A stretch of DNA of 64,000 bases from Amoebophrya sp. A120 (lineage: Eukaryota > Protista > Dinoflagellata), in contig CAJINV010000001.1 in assembly GCA_905178155.1 (NCBI GenBank), positions 5,832,750 to 5,896,749 of the forward strand, read 5' to 3'. The notes under the pieces are model-generated. The model saw only the letters and a list, made by a program, of their open reading frames with translations, had not been told where the DNA came from and did no database searches. Below are positions 46,840-57,745 of this stretch, one piece after another (position 1 is the stretch's first letter; each line of letters opens with the position of its first letter). The translations under genes and the position numbers were made by a program.

Positions 46840-48477
46840 ATGGCCTCCTCATCAAGTAGTACTTCGACCGTCCGTATTCGCAATTTTTCGGGGCAGGAAA
46901 TAGCTATGGCCGCCAGTCCGGAAGTTTGTACAACCATCGGCGACCTGGTGGATGAGTTTTACAACCAAAAACTAGTTGCGAAGTTTTTGGAACCTGGCCA
47001 GCTCGTTCCTCCCAAGCACCGCCTGAAATGGCTGAAGTTGCAGGACGAGGAGTCTGAAGACGACGAAGATGTAGCGGACGAATTCTTGCCTACCAATGCC
47101 GAGTTGGACTTCATCAGTGCCGGCATTGTCTACCAGTTCGTCATCGTAGTGTCTCGCGATTGGAAAGAGCAAATGGAGCCGCTGAAGGTCCCAGCGGTCG
47201 AACTCCCAGTCGGGACCGCTGCCGATCCCGAGACCCTCTTGCAAGGGAGGGAATTACCTGGGCTGGACTTTACTCACCAAGAGCGCGTTCATGGTTTCTT
47301 CACGCGCATGTCGCTGCGCGATGCCGAAGATTTTTTGTACGACAGGGCGTACCTCATCCCAGTGAAGAAGAATCACGACCCGTTTGGTTCCCTGTATCAG
47401 ACAGAACCCTGGGACATGGTATTGGAAAAGCTGTGTGATAACCTACCGCATCGCCGCGACATCACCACGTGTCTCGCGGAACCGTATCTGAAATCGATTC
47501 CGGGCCGCGAAGTTTGGGTGCTCGTGGAAGCGGCACTGAAGCTACCAGTTTCGGAGTGGGAGAAGCACGGAAAGGACAGCCAGTTTTTTCCTTTGGCCGA
47601 ACGCGAAGAGTACGCGGGGGCGGTTGTCTCGCAGCTGTTTTTGCAACCTGCACCGATCAAAGACAAGGCAACCGAGCGGGACGTTTTCGAGATCGCTCTG
47701 CACGCATCGGAGATAAGTCCCGGCACTGCCGCGAAACTGGTGGCACAGAGTTGTGCTCCGCCGGATGCGGAGAAGAACAAGTACAAGGGCTGGTTCGGAG
47801 ACGAGATTCACAGCAAGGAAAGGCTTTTTTCACCGCAGCTGCGCACTGTGTCATCCTACCGCGGCTTCGTGTCGATGCTGCTGAGTGAGATGCAGGGGAG
47901 GGGAAAGCTGCCTGCGTTCCTGACCGCGCTGTGCAGAACGCTTGAAGTTGCTGCACTGAAACAAGGATGGCAAACGCTCCCGCTCGACTTCAAGCTTCTG
48001 CTCCGCCTCCAAATGCTCGACACGAACTCGAAAAACACGGCCGTACGCTCTCGACTGGACTCGCTTGCCATTGGCATCGGTGGTCAACTCGCAGCAGCCC
48101 ACGAGCTTCTGCAATTTGTCGGCTCGCACTCGCAGGTCGTGCAGGTCCTTCATGCGGAGGCTGGGGCCGACGTCACAAGCGTCATTAAGGAGATGGAGGA
48201 AGAAATAGCGGCGATGAAAATTGACGTTGTTAGCGTCTGGGAGGGCATCGGCTTCCACACAAGGATCGAGGAGGAGCTGCCAAAGTGCGGATCGACTTTG
48301 TCGTGGGCCGACTGTGTGGCGCACCTCCGGAAGAAATTCCACCCGGAACCACAAAACGTGCCGACGAGTAATGCCGGCGGTGGTCAAAACAACTTCGATA
48401 CCTTGCAGCTCCTACCGATTTCGGACGAGAGCAATGGCGAACTAGAAAGCTTCTCAGGTGAAAGCGAGGAGGACTAG
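46840..48477 (+). CDS. Tandem family member 1 (ubiquitin-like N-terminus plus helical domain), subfamily I
   Basis: Shares VRIRNFSG, T(I/V)GDL, QL.PP..RL.WL, YQF, DFL(Y/F)D.AYL and W..C..(H/Y)L with four neighbouring ORFs. Confidence 0.8.
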   Translation: MASSSSSTSTVRIRNFSGQEIAMAASPEVCTTIGDLVDEFYNQKLVAKFLEPGQLVPPKHRLKWLKLQDEESEDDEDVADEFLPTNAELDFISAGIVYQFVIVVSRDWKEQMEPLKVPAVELPVGTAADPETLLQGRELPGLDFTHQERVHGFFTRMSLRDAEDFLYDRAYLIPVKKNHDPFGSLYQTEPWDMVLEKLCDNLPHRRDITTCLAEPYLKSIPGREVWVLVEAALKLPVSEWEKHGKDSQFFPLAEREEYAGAVVSQLFLQPAPIKDKATERDVFEIALHASEISPGTAAKLVAQSCAPPDAEKNKYKGWFGDEIHSKERLFSPQLRTVSSYRGFVSMLLSEMQGRGKLPAFLTALCRTLEVAALKQGWQTLPLDFKLLLRLQMLDTNSKNTAVRSRLDSLAIGIGGQLAAAHELLQFVGSHSQVVQVLHAEAGADVTSVIKEMEEEIAAMKIDVVSVWEGIGFHTRIEEELPKCGSTLSWADCVAHLRKKFHPEPQNVPTSNAGGGQNNFDTLQLLPISDESNGELESFSGESEED

Positions 48478-49479
48478 ACAGCGGAGTTTTTGATCACCAC
48501 CAATTCTGGTTTGTAAGATGTTGAGACGTCGCCTATGCATGAATAATGTTAGCTGCACGAATGGTGATGTATAAAATCTGGTCCACAAGTTGGCACTTGT
48601 TGACTCAAGATTTTTAACTGTTCAAAAATTCTGCAAAAATGTATGCTCACTTCGTTAATTTGTCGACTTGTTGCAAGTTTCACAGTTTCCTGGAAATCAA
48701 TGTTTGACAACTAAGTATCTACAGTATCTTTCGCTTCCGACGGATTCTATCAAAGACAAGTTAGTACAGAAAACAATTTCTATGCTTAGTGTGGAGAAGC
48801 GTGTTTTCCGTTTGAATAAAGCGCCGTCTTTCGCGGGTAGTGTCGCTGTGCGCTATTTTGTACTTCTGGTCTGGATCATGTTCACTTAATGCCCGTGAAG
48901 ATCAGAATGAAGATTTCCTTAAGATTGTCCGTTTTCTCTGTGTCTAACCGATCGGCTTATAGTACTCAAACAGACATTTCATCAGATTCGGTGCAAGGAC
49001 AGGATCCAAACCAAATAACAGATCAAGGTGAGCAGATTGAAGAGACGAAATCAGGATCACAATGATGAAATTACGCCATCTGATGATCACACACCACAGT
49101 CGTTAATGATCGCAATCGGTACCGTAACCCGAACCCTAAAATCGGAATCGTACTCGCAATGTTGTCAAGGGTGTTGGGCTTTCGTGTGGTGATCTTCAAT
49201 GTTTTGACTTTCAAAAAAATTGACGTTTTCTGGAGTCCGACAGTATCCCCGCTAAAGAGGTCGTGAGTTAGTTATACAGAAACTGGCATTGTCTTCATTC
49301 ATAATTGTTGAAACTGGAAGATCAACTGCAACTTTCTAAAGAGTAACAAGTACACATCCAACATAACTAAACTTTGATCTGTCTCTGCGTCATTTGATTC
49401 ATTTCAACTTTGTTATTGGTTCGGTGGTGTTGCGTATTCTACTGTGCTTGTCGCGACTTTGTCGGTGCAATTGGAAAAG

Positions 49480-51198
49480 ATGTCTCTGGTGGAAAGTGGA
49501 AGTGGAAACTCGGCAGAGGCGGAGACGCAAACCCAGATGAATTTTGTCCGCGTTCAGAACATCACGGGGAAAGACAGCGAAATATCTGTGCCGGTTGATC
49601 CCGCGAGGATTAAAACCGTGGGCGACTTGTGCAGTTGGGACATTGTCCGCGGGTTTTTTCGCGAGGACCAGCTCCTGCCGCCGACGAGTCGACTACAGTG
49701 GCTGAAGGTCGTGGAGCAAAGCAGCGATGTTGAGGAGGAGGAAGCAACACTCGATGACACTGAGCCTGAGGAGCAAGAAGAGTTCGTGCGTGGGCGCACC
49801 GCCGTCTTCGATGAGGACGCGCCGCTTCTTTCGGACCAGCAAAGTCCCGGTTCCGAAGACGATGATCCTGCTTCCGCAACTAAGCCACCGCGGGCGGCTG
49901 ACAGCACCGATGTCGCGACCGAGTTCCTTGCGCGCGATGTCGAAATTGAATATGACTCGCCGGGCACCGTTGTTGCGTATCAGTTCGTCGTAACCGGGTG
50001 CGCGGACTGGGCTGACATAATTCTACGGAAGCACGATACTGCAGCAGGAGCAGTTAGGATGGGGATGGCGCCTGAAATGGCTGCGGATGTGGCAGTTCGG
50101 AAATTTTTTAGCCACCGGATGGCCGTAGCCGAAGCTCATGACTTTCTGTATGACCTGGCGTATTTGCACCTCGACTCGACTCTGTCAGATCGGGCGGGGA
50201 GCCGATGTCTTCAAGTCGTCTCGCAGTCTCTGCCATGGCTGGCGAACGTCCCGAAGCTGCGTGGCGACCCGTTGTCTGGACCCAAGGAGACAGGGTTCGA
50301 AGGAGATTTCCTTTGCCCCAGGCTGGCCGAGGCTGCGATGGAATTACCTCCCGAGGAGTGGGCAAAGCATGCCAAAATCACAACTCAACGCTTCGACGTT
50401 GCGGTTATTCCGGAGGATCGCAAAAGCTTCGGGAAGCGGGCGTTAGTAAATATGTGGAGAGGTGGGCTACCTCTTGCATTAACCCCGGAACACAGGACGA
50501 GACTCGAGCAGGAAGAGCATTGCGCCAAGATTGAGGGATTTTGTCGTACGACGCTGGACGCGTGCCAGTTGACGGGAGAATCTTTAGCGAATGCAATTTT
50601 TGCTGAGGCCAGAGGCCATATGGATCTTGCTTACAATAGCCCGACGAGGGCAGACATTCGCCGAATCGCGCGAACAACTCTCGAATGGTTGCTGACAAAC
50701 ATGGGGGAAAATGCCGTCGGGGCTTTTCTCGACCAGGTAGAGGCCCTGCTTTCGGGCGAACGGCTGGCCGAGTATTGGCGCGAAAAGGTCGCGAACGACA
50801 TGCCCGATGAAATTACTGACGCGGACGAGCTTCGCGACTATTTGGAGGAGTTTGTTGACTTGGCGAAATCCGATGCGCAGGGTGCTTTTTCAACAGTCGC
50901 GCTATTTTATGGGCAGGCAGGTGCGTTAGGTTTTCCACGTGATTACGGTGCCTTCCAAGAAGATGTGGCTGAGGTCTGGGACTACCTCGAAGAAGATAGT
51001 GCAGGTGCATTGGAGTCCTTTGGAGTCGCTCGGGTGCTTCGAGAAAAGCTCCTCAACGAAGCCGCAGGGGAGCAAGGCCTGACGTGGGAATTCTGCGCAG
51101 AATATCTGCGAGAGATGGATGAGGTGCGTGAGGACGAGGACTCTGAGGAAGAAGTTGAAGCCAACGAGCTTGGTATTATGGAAGCTGGGGAGCAATAG
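49480..51198 (+). CDS. Tandem family member 2, subfamily II
   Basis: N-terminus nearly identical to the 52117 copy; shares the family motifs. Confidence 0.8.
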   Translation: MSLVESGSGNSAEAETQTQMNFVRVQNITGKDSEISVPVDPARIKTVGDLCSWDIVRGFFREDQLLPPTSRLQWLKVVEQSSDVEEEEATLDDTEPEEQEEFVRGRTAVFDEDAPLLSDQQSPGSEDDDPASATKPPRAADSTDVATEFLARDVEIEYDSPGTVVAYQFVVTGCADWADIILRKHDTAAGAVRMGMAPEMAADVAVRKFFSHRMAVAEAHDFLYDLAYLHLDSTLSDRAGSRCLQVVSQSLPWLANVPKLRGDPLSGPKETGFEGDFLCPRLAEAAMELPPEEWAKHAKITTQRFDVAVIPEDRKSFGKRALVNMWRGGLPLALTPEHRTRLEQEEHCAKIEGFCRTTLDACQLTGESLANAIFAEARGHMDLAYNSPTRADIRRIARTTLEWLLTNMGENAVGAFLDQVEALLSGERLAEYWREKVANDMPDEITDADELRDYLEEFVDLAKSDAQGAFSTVALFYGQAGALGFPRDYGAFQEDVAEVWDYLEEDSAGALESFGVARVLREKLLNEAAGEQGLTWEFCAEYLREMDEVREDEDSEEEVEANELGIMEAGEQ

Positions 51199-52116
51199 GA
51201 GCAGTGCCGCGGGTGAAGAAAGCAAAGCGACGGCGATGCCGAAGAAGGGAGCACGCGCGTGGTCCTTTACTGATCCTTTCAAAAGGAGAGGCATGATTTT
51301 AGATTATCGAGAATTTCTTCGAAAGCAGTAGGTACACCAGAGTCGACCCTATTCCGGAGCCCGTTTTTTTCTGCCAAGAGTCAAAGTGTGCGACAATTAT
51401 CGTATAGCGAAAGAATCAATCCACTTCCGAAAAGATCGACTTGTTCGTCAAAACCAGCACGAAGATTTGTCATCTTTTAGGTTTTCGAGGCGGCCAATAT
51501 ACTAGTCCGTGAAAAATCCACATCAACATCAAGTCCAGAAAGCGAGTGTTCGCCCATCTGCCCGTGCTCTGCGTGTAGCCGATCGGTTTATAATAGTAAA
51601 CAGAAATTTCATCAGATTCGGCGCAAGGTAGGACAGGGTTCAAACCAAGTAACAGATCAAGGTGAGCAGATTGAAGAGACGAAATCAGGATCACAATGTT
51701 GAAATTACGCCATCTGATGATCACACTCACACACCGCAGTCGTTAATGATCGCAATCGGTACCGCAACTCTAAAATCGTATATCGTACTCGGAATGTTGT
51801 CAAGCTCAAGGGTGTTGTGCTCTCGCGTGCTGATCTGAAACGTTTTGACTATCCAAGAAAATTTGGCGCTTTCTGGAGCCTGTCCGACAGTATCCCCCCC
51901 CATTTAGAAAAGTCCACAACCTGAATTGCTAAAAAGCATTACCTTCATTGCGGAAGCTTGAAGATCAGCTGCAACTTTTTATAAAAATAACAAGTACACT
52001 TGCAAGATAACTTTGACTGATTTGTCTCTGCCTCAGCATTTTTTTAACTTTATTGTTGGATCGGTGGCGTTGCGTCTTCTACTGTGCTTATCGTGACTTT
52101 GCTGCAATTGCAAAGA

Positions 52117-53739
52117 ATGTCTCCAGTGGAAAGTGGGAGCAGAAACTCGGCAGAGGCGGAGACGCAAATCCAGATGAATTTTGTTCGCATTCAGAATATC
52201 ACGGGGAAAGACAGCGAAATATCTGTGTCGGTTGATCCCGCGAGGATTAAAACCGTGGGCGACTTGTGCAGTTGGGACATTGTCCGCGGGTGTTTTCGTG
52301 AGGACCAGCTCCTGCCGCCTACGAGTCGATTGCAGTGGCTTAAGGTCGTGGAGGAAAGCAGCGATGTTGAGGGGGAGGATGAAGCAGCGCACGACGGCAG
52401 TGAGCCTGAGGAGCAAGAAGACGAGTTCGTACACATGGGTGAGGAGGCGCCAGTTCTTTCGCATCAGCAAGATGTCGCTGGCGAAGATGGTGACTCAGCA
52501 TCCGCAAGCAAGCAACCAAGGGCGGCTGACAAGAGCACGCATGCTACGACCGAATTTCTTGCGCGCGATGTCGAAATTGAATATGACTCGCCAGCCGCCG
52601 TTGTTGCGTATCAATTCGTCGTAACGGCGGGCGCGGACTGGCCTCAAGTCATTCAACGGAAAATCGAGGGTGCTCCATCGCCGGCGCCGCCTGGCGGCGG
52701 GTCGCCTGACGCGGCTGCATTGCATGCAGTGGATGTTCTTTTTACCGGCGCTATCACAGTTTCCGACGCGCGCGACTTTCTCTATGACCTGGCGTATTTG
52801 AATCTCGAAGCAATACAGCCAGATAGTGCGAGAGATTTTTGTCTTCAGATGGTCGCGGACTCCCTGCCGTGGCTAACGAACGCCCCGCCGCGCGAGGGAC
52901 CCCCCGCTGTGGGCGAGGGATCCCTGTGCTTCAATCTAGCCGAGGCTGCGATGGAATTACCTCCGGAAGAGTGGGCAAAGCATGCGAAGATCACAAGTGA
53001 CCACCGCGCGGCTGCGATCGTGTCAGAGGAACGCAAAGACTTTGGGAAGAGGGCGCTAGTCTGTTACTGGAATGGTGGGCTACCTCTTGCACATACTCCC
53101 GAAGATTTGGAGAACATCGAGCGCGAATCGCGTTGCGCCGAGGCTGAAGCATTTTTTCGCACTACGCTGGATACGTGCCAATTAGCGGGAGAACCCTTGG
53201 CGAATGCAATTTTCCGAGAGGGTATGGGCCATTTGGATCTTTCCCAAGAGAGCCCGAAGAGGCGCGACCTGTGCAGAATCGCGCGCACGACTCTCGAGTG
53301 GCTGAGGGCCAACATGGGCGCAGCAGCCGTCTGGGCTTTTCTCGACCAGATGGGAACTCTGCTCTCAGTCGAACAGTTAGCAGAATCTTGGCGCGAATTT
53401 GTCGCGGACGAACTGCCACAGGAAATCACCGACTTGGCCGAGCTACGCGACTCTTTGGAGCAGTATCGTGACAGAGCGGAGTGCGATGCGAAAGGAGCCC
53501 GTACAGCAGTCGCGTTATTTTATGACCAGGCGGATGCATTGGGTTTTCCTTATCCCATTGGAGAAGATTTTGAAGAGGCCTGCGACTATCTCGAAGGAGT
53601 TTGTCATTGTGCAGCTGCGTTAGAGGCTTTTGGAATCGATCGGCTCTTTGAAAAAAAGCTAGACAATGCTGCCGCAGCGGAACAAGGCCTCACGTGGGAC
53701 TTCTGCTTTGAATATCTGCGAGGGTACGTTTCCGAATGA
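52117..53739 (+). CDS. Tandem family member 3, subfamily II, with acidic tail out of frame
   Basis: Paralog of the 49480 gene. The homologous tail EDSEEEV...MEAGEQ continues in another frame to 53857. Confidence 0.75.
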   Translation: MSPVESGSRNSAEAETQIQMNFVRIQNITGKDSEISVSVDPARIKTVGDLCSWDIVRGCFREDQLLPPTSRLQWLKVVEESSDVEGEDEAAHDGSEPEEQEDEFVHMGEEAPVLSHQQDVAGEDGDSASASKQPRAADKSTHATTEFLARDVEIEYDSPAAVVAYQFVVTAGADWPQVIQRKIEGAPSPAPPGGGSPDAAALHAVDVLFTGAITVSDARDFLYDLAYLNLEAIQPDSARDFCLQMVADSLPWLTNAPPREGPPAVGEGSLCFNLAEAAMELPPEEWAKHAKITSDHRAAAIVSEERKDFGKRALVCYWNGGLPLAHTPEDLENIERESRCAEAEAFFRTTLDTCQLAGEPLANAIFREGMGHLDLSQESPKRRDLCRIARTTLEWLRANMGAAAVWAFLDQMGTLLSVEQLAESWREFVADELPQEITDLAELRDSLEQYRDRAECDAKGARTAVALFYDQADALGFPYPIGEDFEEACDYLEGVCHCAAALEAFGIDRLFEKKLDNAAAAEQGLTWDFCFEYLRGYVSE

Positions 53740-54019
53740 GCAGGGGCATGAGAACGCGGATGCAAACGAGGACTCTGAGGAAGAAGTTGGAAGCAGCGAG
53801 CTTGAAGATGATATGGAAGCCGGGGAGCAAGAGGAGGAGGAGCAGCGCCGCGGTTGAAAAAGGAAAATTGATGGCGATGGAAACGAAAAAAAGGCGCGCC
53901 GTCCGTTGCTGATCTTTTCAAGAGGACGAGAGACATGACGTTACTTACTTAGAATGATATCGATAATTTATTCTTGAAAGCAGTACACCAGATGAATCGA
54001 TCCTATTCCAGACCACACG

Positions 54020-54095
54020 TTTTTCCTCCAATGAAGCACGACAGCTACTGTGTAGCGGGTTTTTCTTCCAATGAAGCACGACAGCTACTGTGTAG
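54020..54095. repeat. 40-bp tandem duplication
   Basis: TTTTTCYTCCAATGAAGCACGACAGCTACTGTGTAG occurs twice. Confidence 0.85.
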
Positions 54096-54607
54096 GTGTA
54101 GCGGACGAATCTTTCGAAAACACAAAACCAGCATGAGAACCGGAAGCAGATGAAGGGGATCCAAAAACGAAGCGGAATGACCGAGCGTCCCTTTCCACAG
54201 TCAAGAAGTGTTCTTATCTTAGAAAAGATCCAAACCGTAACCGTCCCAGCTTGAGAAAGTTTCCCTCTGACCGAAACTTAAGGATCTTCGTGTTCGTGTT
54301 TGTGTCTGTGAAACTTTCATTAGTAAAACTTACACATTGCAGTCAGCAGATTGGAAATAGTGACCGCGAAATGATTATCACCTGTCCTGCATTCCTCGCA
54401 TTTTTTTCAACGTAGCATAACCATTACCATAGAAACGTACTTACCAGCTCACTTTCGTTACAGATCCTAGCTTTGTCAAACCATATGCGGCTTTGAGTTC
54501 GATCGTTTTTTCGTACTGGTAGTTCCAAAATGCTGCAGTTAGCGACGGATAGAAGAAGTTCAACTTGTGAGTAAACCTTGGTCCACCACTGCACGAGGAG
54601 AGTGCAA

Positions 54608-56924
54608 ATGTCCTCCGCACCAGCCCACGCGGTCCCGACCGCCACTGTCCGGATCCGGAATTTTTCTGGTACGGAGGTGAGCATGACGGTTAACCCCGAA
54701 AAGTGCAAGAACGTTGCCGACTTGGTTGAAAATTTTTACGCAGAGAGCCTCGTGCAAACATTTTTTGACCACGAGCAGCTGTTGCCGCCCAAGCACCGCC
54801 TGATGTGGTTGCTGTGCAGCGACGAAGAATCCTCTGAGAATGATGCGCCCGCGATGGACTTTCTTGCAGAGGATGCCGAACTGCAGCTGGACGATTCATC
54901 TCAGGATAGCACGAACGAAGGACCGGTATACCAGTTTGCTGTGCAAGCCGCGCGAGACTGGCAAGAAGAGCTCGAGGGTCTTGTGGGTGCAAAAGTAAAG
55001 GATCTGCCGGACGCCGGAAGCGACGACATCGATCGGCGCATCGGACGAGAGACGCATGAGCGCGTCGAAAAATTCTTTCAGAATATGACGTTGCGGGATG
55101 CCGAGGACTTTGTGTTTGACCGCGCCTATCTATGCAATGCAATGATGCCCCCGTCGCTGAATCTGTCACGTACAAAATCGTGTGTCATGTCGATTCCCGT
55201 GATGAATTCATATCTGAAAGCTACGTAGCCCCATGGCACGAATACTAATGGCATTGCTCGGGATTGGATATGCCATAGCCAAAAACACAGTCCGTTTTTC
55301 AGACACCTCTGTGGCTTATTATGCAAGACAAATTTGAGATTGTGATTGAGATGATATGGTTTCATTGCATAGTATCTGATCCCGCCACCGAAAAAAGTTT
55401 GGGAGTTGCGAATGCGGAATCCGTGGCGGACTTGCACCAATACACTGGGGATCAGTCTTCCGTATTGCGAAAAAACGGGATTCGATCGCTACAGCTACGA
55501 CGTTCTACCGCGGACATATGAGTCCCCGTCTTGGGCTCTAGTTCGAGTGGCTCTCAAGCTCCCGCTGCAGGAGTGGAGCAAGCACGCCGCGGAGGGGCAT
55601 TTTTTTCCGCTGCACGAAAGGGAAAGGTTCGCGGAGCGTTGCGTCTCTCAGTTCTTGTTTGCGAAAAGACGGAGCGAACAAGATACCTGGGGCGAGGTGG
55701 AAGAGGTTCTCAAAATCGCGTTGAGCGTTTCGGAAATAACCGCGGGCGCATCGGCAAAGCTGATCCTGAGCACTTTTGCCGCGGCAAATCGCTACAGCCT
55801 GCAGTATTCGGGATGGCTCATGAGTCAGAAAATCAGGAACAGAGGCCGAGGCGGTGCCGCTGCGGCAGCTCGCGCAGAAGCGACCAGCAACAGGATCGCT
55901 AAGTATCGCAGCGCCGTGTCTCTGATTCTGCGAGACCTCCACTCCAGGGGCAAACTTCGCACTTTTTGCGCGGCGGTGTCCGACCATCTACGGGTGGCGC
56001 CCTTGAGGACGGAATGGATGACACTTTCGGACCACTTGGCGCAGCGCGCACGGCTCGCGCAGGAGGCGCCGGTCGCAGGTCTGCCACAGAGGCCCGCACT
56101 TCGGAATGTGGACTTGCGTCGCGAACTGGAGGAGTACGGTGACACGATTGGGGGCCAAGCGGACGCTGCTATACGGGTGTTGCTCCTTTTGGACGTGGAA
56201 AGCAAAAACGTCTCGCCAACATTGTCGCATGACTTCACCACGGTCATCAAAGGACTGGAGGAGCACGTCGCGGCGGTAAAAACTGACGTCGTTCAGGTTT
56301 TCGAAAGTATTGGCTTGGCAGCCAGAATCCGCGACCTGCTACCACTTCTTTCCACGACAATGTCTTGGGACGACTGCGTTGCGCACCTGCAGCGCGATCC
56401 TCCCCCGGCAAGCCGACGAGGACTACACCGGCGTGGTGCACAAGACGAGGATGAGGATCAGTTGTCCGAGAGTTGGTCGGATACCAGTGACAGTTCGTCG
56501 CTAGGTATCAAACAAAAAAAGTTCGTCACGATCACTCATGCGCATTTTTGCAATGCAAAACTCTCTGTCATGCGTAAAAATGCATCACAGCCAAACTTCA
56601 TAAGGGATTTCCCTAGTGTTTCTGCAATACAAAGAAAAGCTGTCGTGATGCTGAAAAAATTTGTAATGCAAAACCTGCAAGAGCAAGGTAGTGCTAGTGA
56701 CTGTGACAAACTTTTTTCTCTCCATACTAGATAGCGACTCGGATCTCGAGGAGCTAGACAGCGACGATTTTTCGGTTGATTCGGAGGAAGAAGACGACCT
56801 TATGGATGAGCTGGACGAACTCCTGAATGAAGACGATATCTTGGAGCCGGGACAAGCTGGGGAAACCGGCGACGCTGCTGCTGCCGCTGCCGCCCCGGAA
56901 GACGCAAAGAAAGAAAGCAAGTGA
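54608..56924 (+). CDS. Tandem family member 4, subfamily I; inferred exons 54608-55129, 55376-56504, 56731-56924
   Basis: Removing two TIR elements restores DRAY|LIPPPKK (paralogs DRAYLIP and DRAYLVP) and the acidic tail SSLD|SDSDLEE. Confidence 0.8.
55130..55372. mobile_element. Introner-like element, family E (10-nt TIR, TAT TSD)
   Basis: TIR CTATGCAATG / CATTGCATAG, with a TAT(CT) direct repeat at 55127 and 55373. Absent from the paralogs; removal restores the frame. Confidence 0.8.
56505..56730. mobile_element. Introner-like element, family F, forming a canonical GT-AG intron
   Basis: Imperfect 32-nt TIR GTATCAAACAAAAAAAGTTCGTCACGATCACT / AGTGACTGTGACAAACTTTTTTCTCTCCATAC. TAG duplicated at 56502-56504 and 56728-56730. 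Confidence 0.8.
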
Positions 56925-57418
56925 TACATGCGGATTTTGTGATGTTGTCCCATGTGAACGTGAAGAAAGTGAGGGCACTCGATCTTTGTATGTACTTCCG
57001 AATGTCGATCCAAGAACCTATTCGCATTTGAATTGACAACCTATTTTCTTGATTGACTTCGAAACTGTCTACGCAGTTTTTGTCATCATGTTGGAGGTGG
57101 CACCGGAAGGTGCAAATGCGCGAAATTGTTCAGTGCAGTCGACGCGCAGTAGCGCCGATTCGATTGAAAGGCATGGTCTGAGTACTTATATCATCAGGAT
57201 CAAGATGCTGCAAGCGGAATTCCTTTGATGGGAATGTAGGCTCCTGAAATAAGATCTCGAGGGTTGAGGCCTTTTCCTCCTCTTAGAAGTCATTCTCTGT
57301 CGTGGTACTTGACATCTGCTAGGCTTTAGTACAATGATGGGTTTTGCGTTTCTTTTTTCGCAAAAGCTGTCCTTTTGATCCCAACTCTTAGAGAGCAAGA
57401 TTGATAGTAAAAACCAAG

Positions 57419-57469
57419 ATGACCCCCTTGCCCTCTTCCGGCGTGACTGCCAACGCCCTTAGGATCGGC
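57419..57469 (+). pseudogene. Duplicated 5' fragment of the thioesterase gene (duplication breakpoint)
   Basis: Translates MTPLPSSGVTANALRIG versus MTSSSSSGVTANALRIG at 60090, then diverges. Confidence 0.75.
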
Positions 57470-57745
57470 CACACTATCGGAAAGATCCAAAGCATAAGCC
57501 TCGATTTTTAAGTCTTGACAGCGGATTAGAATTTGAATTACGTTTCTACTCATACCTGTCTGGAATTCGCACTCTACAACTTCCAGTTCGATTTTTTTCG
57601 TGAGTCTCATACCATTTGCACCTTCGATCGCTAGGTAGGGGTATTGGTAGTTTCATTTATCATGTTGAAATCAGCAACCGATACAAGGAAGAAGTTCAAG
57701 TCGTAAGTAAGCTTAAGCTCGCACCACCGCACACGGAGAATAAGC

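Larger units (their letters stand above)
48940..54000 (+). repeat. Tandem segmental duplication (~2.65-kb unit including upstream intergenic DNA)
   Basis: Intergenic 48940-49480 is colinear with 51575-52117 (e.g. CAGATCAAGGTGAGCAGATTGAAGAGACGAAATCAGGATCACAATG), and the similarity runs through both genes. Confidence 0.8.

Noticed and set aside
49120-49145. CCCGAACCCTAAA telomere-like sequence
   Set aside because: Only one unit, and it is not preserved in the duplicated copy near 51760.
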